Positions 1 to 10,026 of a stretch of 26,092 nt of DNA are shown in pieces. Position 1 is the stretch's first letter. Every line of letters begins with the position of its first letter. The DNA is taken from NCBI GenBank assembly GCA_051942205.1, contig JAVECO010000093.1:62001-88092 (forward strand), given 5' to 3'. A program made the position numbers and the translations under genes. The notes beneath the pieces are model-generated. The model was given only the letters and a program-made list of their open reading frames with translations, did no database searches and was not told the DNA's origin. Source of the stretch: Coniocarpon cinnabarinum (Eukaryota).

Positions 1-2218
1 CGTCGCTCTTCGCAGCGGTGGCTGCGCTGCCACACACGACTAATTATGTCGTTCATGAGCGTCGCGAGGCCAAGAAGCTCAATTCATGGCAGAAGCGCGC
101 CACATTACAGCCGCGAGACAAGCTTCCAATGCGCATTGGTTTGACGCAAAGCAATCTTGACCGCGGCCATGACCTGCTCATGGAAGTGTAAGTGTCGTCT
201 TTTGCATAGGTCGTGCAACATGCCTCTAGACCTCGCGCCCACAGGTCATAGTACAAATCACCTTTTCTGATAGATCGCTAATCCCTCGTGCAGGTCGCAT
301 CCGACCTCGCCAAAGTTTGGGCAATGGTATTCCACCAAGGAGATCCATGACCTCTTCGCCCCAACGGCGGACGCTGTCGACAAGGTTGTGGCATGGCTTG
401 TCTCGAACGGCGTTCCAAGCAACAGCATCAGTCAATCTGCCAACAAGCAATGGGTACAGTTTGACTCGAGGGTGGACGACGCAGAGAAACTCCTGAAGAC
501 CAAATATCACGTTTGGGAACACGAGCCTTCTGGTGCGACTAACATCGCCTGTGACGAATACTCTTTGCCAGAGAACATTCGTGAGCATGTAGACTACGTC
601 AGTCCTGGTACGTTTGCGCGCGATATCAGCTCGTCTACTGCTGGTCAACATGTACCATTCTAATGAGCTACGCGTAGGCATCAAACTCCACACAAAGAGC
701 GGCCTTCCTGCTCGGCACCGTATGCCAAAGCGCAACGTGGAGAAGCGAACCTTCTTCACAGCCCCCAGCGGTGGCGACGGCAACAAGCAACCGCCCATCA
801 AAGCTCCGTTGCCGATGCCCTTCAATGAGCTCATGAGTGAGGCGAATTCGAACTTTTCCGTCATATGTGGCTTTACCATCACGCCGGAATGTATACAAGC
901 CTTGTACAACTTCACGGCTGGCGACAAGAAGGCCGAGGGCAATGAGCTTGGCATTTTCGAGGACCTTGGAGATGTCTTTGCTCAAGAAGATCTGGATCGT
1001 AAGCTCACCCACTGTATGTTGCCATAGTGCTCTACTGACAATCATCTAGTCTTCTTCTCAACTGTGTACCCTACCATTCCGGTGGGCACAACTCCCACTC
1101 TGGACTTGATCGATGGAGCAGTTGCCCCAACGGATGTGGCTGACGCTGGGCCGGAGTCGGACCTGGACTTTCAGATCAGCTACCCCATCATCTATCCACA
1201 AAATTCAATTCTCTTTCAAACCGATGACCCGGTCTACGAAGCAAACTACACTTTTGAAGGGTTCTTGAACAACTTCTTGGATGCCATTGACGGATCGTAC
1301 TGCACGTACTCGGCCTTCGGTGAAACTGGCAACAGCCCCCTGGATCCCCCCTATCCCGACCCATCCAACGCCACCGGTGCCTACAAGGGTGAGCTTCAAT
1401 GTGGTGTCTACAAGCCTACTAATCAAATCTCCATCTCGTATGGAGGCCAAGAGTACGACTTGCCCTCGAGCTACCAGCAACGCCAGTGCAATGAGTACAT
1501 GAAACTGGGCATGCAAGGCGTCTCCATCCTCGTCTCCTCTGGGGATTCTGGTGTCGCTGGTCGGGCTGGTGACGATAACCGCAACGGCTGCCTTGGACCA
1601 AACGCTACTATATTTAGTCCGGACTTCCCTTCGTCATGTCCGTACCTCACCGCCGTCGGCGGTACGGTACTCCCACGTGGAGCCAATGTGTTCGCAGACG
1701 AGGAAACTGCTGTGACAAGATTCCCCTCGGGAGGAGGCTTTTCGAACATCTACGCCATCCCCGATTACCAATCCGCAGCTGTGTCCAACTACCTGACCAA
1801 CTACGACCCGGGCTATCCGTCTTACAGCTCAGTCAATAACGACAGCTTTGGTGCCAACGGAGGCATCTACAACCGCAACGGCCGTGCCTACCCGGACGTT
1901 TCGGCTATTGGTGACAACGTCTTAATCTACAACGCGGGTGTGCCTACGTTAATTGGCGGTACCAGCGCCAGTGCACCAACGTGGGGTGGCATTGTCACGA
2001 GAATCAATGAGGAGCGCATTGCGGCAGGCAAGTCGACCGTTGGCTTCCTCAACCCGACCTTGTACGCCAACCCTCAAGTGTTGCATGACATCACAGTCGG
2101 TAACAACAGTGGCTGCGGTACGCCCGGCTTCTTTGCGCAGCCTGGTTGGGATCCCGTCACTGGTCTGGGCACGCCGAACTATCCAGCTCTGGTGGACCTG
2201 TTCCTGGGTCTCCCATAG
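1..2218 (+). CDS. Secreted sedolisin / tripeptidyl-peptidase-like S53 serine protease (aorsin-like), 5'-partial. Exons <1-187, 294-607, 678-998, 1050-2218
   Basis: Signal-peptide tail plus prodomain (YVVHERR...LPMRIGLTQSNLD...SHPTSPKFGQW; EHVDYVSPGIKL). Catalytic motifs ESDLD, SSGDSG, GGTSASAP and Ca-binding tail DITVGNN...GWDPVTGLGTP. Three GT..AG introns (188-293, 608-677, 999-1049) restore the frame. Confidence 0.95.
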
Positions 2219-2519
2219 AGGAGGGATGCCGCAAGGGTGCGACTATGTGGCGATTACATGTGATTTAGGAACGGTTCTTCAACGCGATCTTGGAGATATA
2301 ACCAAATGCGTGTATAGTCTGAGACGATTACTGTTTGATGTGAAATGATATTGCACAAGCCTTGTGTTACTCAGTCACTGTCTTGCCGCTATTTTGTCCA
2401 AATGACTCTACGCTCTGTCGATTTCAAGTATGTCCTGCAGGCTGAATGCTCTTGAAGCCAAGTCCCATCCTCCGAAATTTAGAGTGACCGCCGACTTCGC
2501 AGGGACGAGGGGCCGAACG

Positions 2520-3649
2520 CGCCTGCGGTCGGAGCGGACGGGACGATTAGACCAGACGAATAAGCCTCACGCGCTGGCACTCATACGTTTAACAACAGAT
2601 TCTTCTGCCCCTCTATTGAATCAAAGTCTTTGCCATGCCGCTGCTGGGCCATTGCGCCTCACGAATGCCGGCGTTGGATGGCGACGACATGACAGTGATG
2701 AGTCGAGGCAGCGCGACGGTTCCATGATCTTCTTAGACACCGGATGTTCCGTCACTACATTTCACTCAGGACATCACGAGTGCGGCGTCTTGTTGCCCAA
2801 GCACCCAAGTCTCTCGTTGCCGTGCTGCCTTGCTCTGACTGTCATCTGTCTATTGGCTGACCACAGAAACGGGGCTATTCTGTGTACCGGTGAATTGCAT
2901 TTTGGTGAGACGGTGCGAGGCAAAGAGAGGGTAGGTCATGTGACCTGGGGGCAAACACCGGCAAGTTGCATCTGGCCTCGGTCCCGAGATCAAGGGAGGA
3001 GAGTTGGGCGCACAGATCCTTACCTTCTCCAAAGCCCCATTCCTCGATCTTACACCCTATCGTTCTCGAAAGAAAATTGACCATCTTGACGAGAGACACC
3101 TTGCCAAGCTGAAGGTCAAAGAATGAGGCCGGCTTTCACTCAGCTGCCCGTCACACCACCCTATAACACCCTCGGTTTTTGGAAAATCTCGCGACCGCGA
3201 ACGCACAGCCATCAAGCTTGCCTTCGAGTCATTTTCAAACACGCCATTGACGAATGGGCGCCGGCGTTGGTCCAACTCTAATCGCACCAATCGTCTGATG
3301 ACTCGGCTCGTCTCCAGTCTTTTCCCCACAAGCTAACTCGAGGCCAATGTGGTCGTCGCCACGGTCGTGCAAATTTTGCATCATCCGGAGCACTAGCAGC
3401 GCCGCATCTGGGGAGTCCGTCTTGTGCGTAGCAGCTGGTTCGCCAAGTCGGCACTTGAGGCGTTTTACCACGTTGGAAGAGTGACAGCTGCTTCTTTCAG
3501 TGGCTCGTGGAGAACTTCTGGTAAAAGCAGCCAACCAAACTGCCGCTGCTGTCATCAATGCGTCCGCATGTTTGCTTTAGCTCGGCTATGCACAGCGCTC
3601 GGACGCTGGTCGCATATCGTACGCCCGCCCTGCATCCTGGTTGTCTCAT
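2520..3649 (+). ncRNA. Candidate long structured ncRNA, possibly telomerase RNA (boundaries approximate)
   Basis: Long-range 5'/3' pairing (2524-2558 with 3604-3634), several strong internal stems, template-like CACCCT-ATAA-CACCCT (3157-3172), pseudoknot-like 3452-3531, P6.1-like TAG-CTCGG-CTA (3578-3588), then donor-like GTACGT at 3650. No convincing protein ORF. Manual inspection only. Confidence 0.45.
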
Positions 3650-3829
3650 GTACGTAGACGTCGGTATTTCTTGGCTGTTTTTCTCATTTTCTCTATTTTT
3701 TCCATTGTAGTTCACTGCCAGCAGAACATCATTATCGGCCTTGCTTGTTGGCCTTGCGCAGCTTTCTTTTCACTTTGTGTTTGAAATTGAGACGTACTGC
3801 GCGATTCAAGGTAGACAAGCAGTGTCGTC

Positions 3830-5042
3830 ATGGCTGAAAGGGACCTCGCACGAGTTCCGACTGTAGACACGCAAGCGGGAGATTTGGAGGTCGGTGCTAC
3901 AGATGCCATTCAAAAACATTTCTCACGACATGTTGTTCAAAGAGCACCCGTGACGAGGAAGAAGTTGGATTTCGAGAGACGCAGACCACGATGGCTCAGA
4001 GAGTGCATGGCAGAAGCGACAGGAGTATTCTTCTATGGTATGTACGAGTGCAAGTTCTTGAATGACTTCGGTCTAACGACGCCTTTCACTAGTGTATCCT
4101 GGCATCGCCAGTACCACCTCCTTGTTGCTTGCCCTCAACAATCCTGAACAACAACCTTTCGCCGCTGCTCTCGGTAATTTCCTCACTATTGGTTTAGCTT
4201 ACGGTATTGGAATCGCCTTTGCCATCATCGTCTGCGCGCCTACTTCCGGTGGACATTTCAATCCCGCTGTTACAATCAGCCTCGCTTTCTGGCAAGGATT
4301 CCCGTGGCGCAAAGTGCCGTATTTCATCTTCTCACAGATCTTTGGAGCATTCATAGCCGGATTACTACTTATGGGCCAATATCATGAGCAGATTCAAGTC
4401 TTCAAGGCAGAAGCTATCGCGTCAGGGAGAGGCTTAGTCTACAATACAGGCCCTGCAGCGACGTTGGTGACCATTCCAGCAGAGAACCAAACAAACCTGG
4501 GCTACCTGTTCCTCATTGAATGGTTCGTCGACAGCTTTATTGGTCTTGTCATCTGGGCAAATCTCGACCCTGCGAACCCGTTCGTCTCTCCGCAATCGGC
4601 GCCGTACACTATCGGCCTCGCATACACGAACATGGTCTGGAGCTTCGGCGGGGCTAGCATCTCCACGAACCTCGCCAGAGATTTGGGCTGCCGCATTGTC
4701 GCCGCCATCTTCTTCTCCGGGGAAGTGTTTAGTTTCCATCATTATTCATGGATTGCAATTCTCGTCAACGTGCCGGCTACCTTGTTTGCAACGGGATATT
4801 ACGAATTCCTGATGAGAGACAGCTTGCAAAAGATTGGCAAGGTACGTAATCAATTTTTGTCATGGCTTGCAGGCCTTGTAGCTGACGAGCATCGTACTTA
4901 GGGTGGCGCTCTGCATGAGGAGGGTGAAGAAGGACTCTGGCGGCATCTCACACGCGAGGGCATCGCGACAAGAGGCGGGGGAAACGCATACGAGCAGAGC
5001 TCAGATGACAGCAACGGTGAGAAGAAAGATGTCATGGTGTAG
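3830..5042 (+). CDS. MIP-family aquaglyceroporin, ~365 aa. Exons 3830-4037, 4093-4841, 4902-5042
   Basis: SGGHFNPAVT (first NPA) and STNLARDLGCR (second box NLA followed by the glyceroporin-type Asp); multiple hydrophobic TM segments; ECMAEATG in TM1; introns 4038-4092 and 4842-4901 have CTAAC/CTGAC branch sites. Confidence 0.93.
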
Positions 5043-5824
5043 GCCTTGGATTCATAAAACATAGAACTTGCATTGTTGGTGATGACAGGGCATTTAGTTA
5101 GACCTCAAATTATTTTACTCTCGTATTGGAGACTCAAGTACGCAGTACAAATGAAGACACTCAAAAAAGACATTGTCTCAGTAGTTACTCAACACTTGAT
5201 CAGCTACTTGAAGGCGTGACAAGGCATAAGGAGAAGCACTCGATGTGCCTCACCTGAGCTCGGTGGTCAGCTGGAGACGCGCGCTGCGTCCAAACATATC
5301 ATCTGCTTTGCTGCGGTACCGCCGACAAGCCTTTGTGAATCCATACAAACTGAACGCGACGTCTTGTGGGATAGACTGTCGTCTCACGAAGGAAGTAGCC
5401 TTCAAAGCCCTGTGCGCCTTTTTTCCCACTGTGCCCGTTCCCAAAGGTGACACGGGTGGGTGCCCATTGATCCCTATATATCTTTATCTAATCAGATCAA
5501 TCACATGTTCGTTGCCAGCCCGAGTACTTTTGTTTGTCTGACACCAACATCAAGTCAACTCTCAATTTCCTTCTGACCCCATTCGCTCCTTCTCTATATA
5601 TTTTCGACTCACTGTGTTAAAGGGCTACACGCCATTGATTCCTCTTTTCGGATACCCATCTCGAGCTCTCACAGTCGCCGATCTTGGCCCGCTTTCAGGC
5701 ACTTGTGTCCCAACTTTCTCAGCGGTTTCCGAACATTCGTTTGGCGCTTCCAGAATTTGCGCACGCACGCTCACAGCATTGGCTTCAGTCGCCTCAAGCC
5801 GACGGGCTCGTGCCCGTTGGCGGC

Positions 5825-8800
5825 ATGGCCAAACAGGCTGACAGCAAGTCCTACCTGGACAGCTTCGCATCACTGGCACCCTGGGGTCGCACAACGCCGA
5901 AATCGACATCTGGGGAGCAGACGCCGGAGGAAGGTTTACAGACTTCGGCTAACAATGACTTGCAAAGAGGACCTGCTGACCACAAGATTACGAATCGCCA
6001 TCGGCTCAGCCTGAAGCATTACCCTCAGGACTGTCCGAAGCTGGACGTGCAGTGGTTTCATGCGGTTGATGTATGTCCCTTACATTCCCCTCAGCCGCCG
6101 ATGCGAGGAGATTGTGTAGTCTCGATAAGTGGCTAAAGCCGTAACCAGATCGCGAAACGTAAACCAGATTATGTGACCCCTCCTCCGACCGCAGACAACA
6201 AACCCCCTCCGAAGCCAAAGAAATGGAATGCATTCTCGGCGGACGACTCTCGCGCTATTGAAGCCGCTTTTCAAAAATTGGCAGACGAAGAAGACCGTGT
6301 GGATCAGAGTCGAAACCATGAGTCGTTGGAAGAAGCCGGCGATATGTCGATGGCCGGTGTCAGGACTATTGACGGTCCGAACTTGAGTTTGGAAGCTCAG
6401 AACGACAGGGCCAGAAACTCGATCAAGGTTCCCGTCAACGAAGACTATTTGTTCGATGTGGACGTTCAAGAGCGTGAATTGGGACCTGCGTACTGGCTGG
6501 GACCAATATACGACGTGCGGCGTGGGACTTGGTTCGACGGATCCACGTTGATGCCCGTCGATGAGAACTTAGCGATTCAGCTCGAAGAAGGCTACTTGAA
6601 GACTAAACCCTGGAAATATGTGCCCACGGAAAAGCCCGAAAACGCGGCCAAGAGCAATGTGTCTGACGGCTCGGGCTTGACGACAGCTACCCTCTCCGAG
6701 ACTGAAACCAATGACAACTCGAAGTCTACCAGATCGGCTAGAGCTCGAGCAGCGTCGGGCAAATCGCGATCCACTAGTATTGGATCCGCGAGAAGTGAAG
6801 CTGTTACACCGAGTACCAATGCAGCGCAGCCGCCTGTCCTCACGCATCGACTGTTTGGCTCATATATGAATCACGTTGCGACGTACCAAGGAACAACGAC
6901 TGCGTTCGTACTCTCCGACGACTTTTTGTCCAAGTTCAGTAGTGCGATGATCCAGAGATTCACGGGTGGCGCTGGCACACGGTACATCAGAGGGTACACC
7001 GAAGTCATCAAGAAAAAAGCGCCAAAAGAGCCAAAGCGCCCAAATACGCCAACAAAGGACAGTCCGCGAGCCAGCTCAAAAGGCCCCAGATCAAAGTCTA
7101 TTTCTGTGGCTGGAGGCGAGGACACCCTAAGAGAGACGGATGGTCTACCGTCTACCACACCTTTAGACGCGTCGCCTGAGAGCCGGATTGCGACACTGGA
7201 AAGAAAAATTTCAAGCTTTGTTGCTGCTGACAATACAGTGAATCCCGAGCGTCAAGCAGAAGAAGAGCGCCAACGTGAGGAACAAGAAATTCAAGAGGAC
7301 TACCGAGATACGTCAGGCGAGCGACAGGACCGCGAGATCGACCATTTGATCCTGGTAACGCACGGCATCGGGCAGCGTCTAGGTGCTCGATTCGAGAGCT
7401 TCAACTTCATTCATGACGTAAACGAGCTTCGAAAAACCATGAAATTGTGCTACAGCGGTTCACCGGATCTGCAAGCCTTGAACGGGGAAGCTGATTGGCC
7501 GCAAAAGAACTGTCGTGTGCAGGTGCTGCCCATTTGCTGGCGACATTTGCTGGACTTCCCTCAGCAAGGTCTGAGGCACAACAGGCGAGAACACGATCTG
7601 GCTGAAGTTGACGCAGCCGAAGACGACGCATACCCCAGTCTCGATGCGATCACCGTGGAAGGTGTGCCTGCGCTACGCAATGTGATAGCTGATCTGGCCT
7701 TGGACATATTGCTATATCAGACCCCTGCGTACAAGAATCACATATCGCGCATCGTCGTGGGTGAATGCAACCGTATTTTGAACCTCTTCAAACATCGCAA
7801 CCCCAACTTCAAGGGTCGAGTCAGCATGATTGGGCATTCCTTAGGATCTGCAATAATGTTCGACATCCTGTCCGATCAAGCAGGAGATCAGCAACCTTTC
7901 GAGCAAGCAGTCAAGCCGCAACCGAAGCCTGGAAAAGACCTCAAGCTTGACTTCGGCGTTGACAGCTTCTTCTGTCTTGGTTCACCTATTGGTTTGTTTC
8001 AGATGCTGAAGGGCCGCAAGATTGGCGGAAGAACGAATCCCAACCAAGTCACGCTTGATGGCCTCCCAGACAGTCTCGATGACCCCTTTGCGGACACCCC
8101 GTATTCCAAACTCCCTGCACATGCCATATCAGACGCTCAGCACAACGCGCTCATGTCATCCCCAAAATGTCGCCAATTGTACAACATTTTCCATCCCACC
8201 GACCCTATTGGCTACCGCCTAGAACCGCTCATCACACCCGCCATGTCCTCTCTGAAGCCCCAACTCCTCCCCTATACAGGTGGTAAAAGCTGGATATCAG
8301 CCCCTGGCCAAGGCTTCACTGGCATCCCTGCCAAAGTTGGCCAATCCTTCAGTGGTTTTTGGTCAAATATCTCGTCAGGTCTGACGAACAGCTTCATCAA
8401 TCGCTCTCTAGGGCTCTCGGCTGAAGATGCCGCAAAGCTGAATGCCACCCCCATCTCAGCTCAGGCGCAAGCGCAAGCCGAAGCACAAGCCGCACAGGCT
8501 CAAGCAGAGGCGCAGAGTAAAGCCCAGCGCGAGCGCGCCAAGTCGCAGTCGTTGGGTGCCGGCACCAACATCACTGGCGGCGGCGTCATCCCGCAGCAAG
8601 CGATCCCCATGGAGAAGACGGCGAGTGCGCCCGGTTCGTCCTCGTCGACGGCACATGAACATAAACTGCCCACTATGATCGATCAAGAGATGGAGACGCT
8701 CTATGCGGGCTTTCAGAAGAGCCGGAAGAGCGCTCAGGAGAGCGATGGCCAGACTCGCGACTTTGGCGAGAGTCCGCTGTGGAGTGAGGCCGAGTCCCGA

Positions 8801-9132
8801 GGGCGGAAATTAAGACGGGAAGAAGCGAAGGTGCGGGCTCTGAATTCAAATGGACGAGTTGATTACAGCATCCAAGAGTGAGTTTCCCGAGTTCATTCCC
8901 ATCTTCACCTTGACCCAGAGCTGTTGATGAGGTATGCATGATGATGGCATGACTAACGAGTCACAGGGGGTTCCTGGAAATCTCGTTCCTGGGGAGTATT
9001 GCGAATCACCTCGCTTACTGGACCGACGCAGACGTCGGGCACTTTATGCTGTCGCAGTTGTTGTCACGACAGTCGACGTTGCGACCACGGCGGAGTACCA
9101 AGAATTTGACCTCGAGTCAGGGACGGCCTTGA
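5825..9132 (+). CDS. DDL1: DDHD-domain intracellular phospholipase A1 (yeast Ddl1/YOR022C-like), ~1046 aa. Exons 5825-6070, 6149-8877, 8967-9132
   Basis: HLILVTHGIGQ, lipase box GHSLG, FFCLGSPIGLF, DDHD motifs NIFHPTDPIGYRLEP and RVDYSIQE..NHLAYWTDADV; introns 6071-6148 and 8878-8966 keep the frame. Confidence 0.92.
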
Positions 9133-9612
9133 TTATGACGACGACGGTATGCATTGGTGGAGCAACAAGGAACGGTTGGAATTAATGTGATGGTTTCGGT
9201 CATAGAATAGATATAGTATAGACATAGATAGATACCCGCGCTGCTCAGCGTGCTCTGATCCTCCTTGAATCGGTCAGAATCAGACATTCTGGAATGGAAT
9301 CGATGGTCCACACGCTACTTGAGTCGTCTTCGGATCCACCTGATGAAAGCACAAAACCGAGGCCGCGACAGCCATCGCGATTGCGCGATGTGTTTCGCCG
9401 TGGTGGTAAAGACTTTGCTGACAACCTGTTAGACTTGAAGACGGAGACGCGCAGGTGTGCCAAAGCACTTAATCATCGCAGGCTGCTGTTGTGCTGTTAA
9501 ATGTTCGTGGCTTTTGCCCTCCACTGCGGTAGGATGAGATTCATCAGGTAAATTATTCTTCTTCAGGCGGTCAAGTCCAGATTCGGTTTCATGTTCCAGC
9601 CGACTGTAATGT

Positions 9613-9632
9613 AGCAAGCAAGCAAGCAAGCA
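9613..9632. repeat. (AGCA)5 microsatellite in the convergent DDHD/fimbrin intergenic region
   Basis: agcaagcaagcaagcaagca read directly. Confidence 0.8.
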
Positions 9633-10026
9633 GGTCAAATCCCGAGCGCGAGAATGAGTCTTCCAGAATTGGATTCTTGGTTTTGGAAGGCGACATGAAA
9701 CGACGAAGTGGGCGAGAAGTAAAGTTATGCCCACTTGCCATGTGTTTACGAGGAATTGGTGTACATTCTGGCTAGATGCAATAATGACGGGCAATAATAC
9801 GACGATGTAAAGAGACGGAAGACAGGAAAAGGTCAAAAGAACACACGAGATGCATGACGGAACAAGGGGAGACATACGACGACAGGCAGGTTGAAGCTTA
9901 AGAACGAAAATTTATCGTACCAGCAAGGAGGCCCGTCTGCAGGGCCTTGACGCCCTGAGGAGTCAACCTGCCACGTTACGTTTTGCATTCAATGGTCATA
10001 CACGAACCTGACGCTCCCTTCATTCA

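Noticed and set aside
2862..2880. ACAGAAACGGGGCTATTC resembling RNase MRP/P CR-V
   Set aside because: No matching upstream CR-I (GAAAGTCCCC-like) able to form a good P4; the segment folds as a local 7-bp hairpin.
2998..3013. AGAGTTGGGCGC resembling human telomerase P6.1
   Set aside because: The stem cannot form (two mismatches) and it lies upstream of the candidate template.
2430..3080. 216-aa + strand ORF (and other short ORFs in 2430-3720)
   Set aside because: No recognisable domain, Arg/Cys/His-rich composition typical of non-coding GC-rich sequence, and no splice links to neighbouring genes.
3674..3686. GCTGTTTTTCTC matching human telomerase CR2
   Set aside because: No partner strands follow; it is part of a pyrimidine tract downstream of the putative RNA end.
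8456..8530. Ala/Gln repeat (AQAQAQAEAQAAQAQ) in the DDHD protein
   Set aside because: Ordinary low-complexity insertion in a variable loop of the DDHD domain.
9133..10026. Short ORFs between the convergent DDHD and fimbrin genes (e.g. 9429-9875 minus)
   Set aside because: No motifs; one crosses a microsatellite; best explained as 3' UTR sequence.
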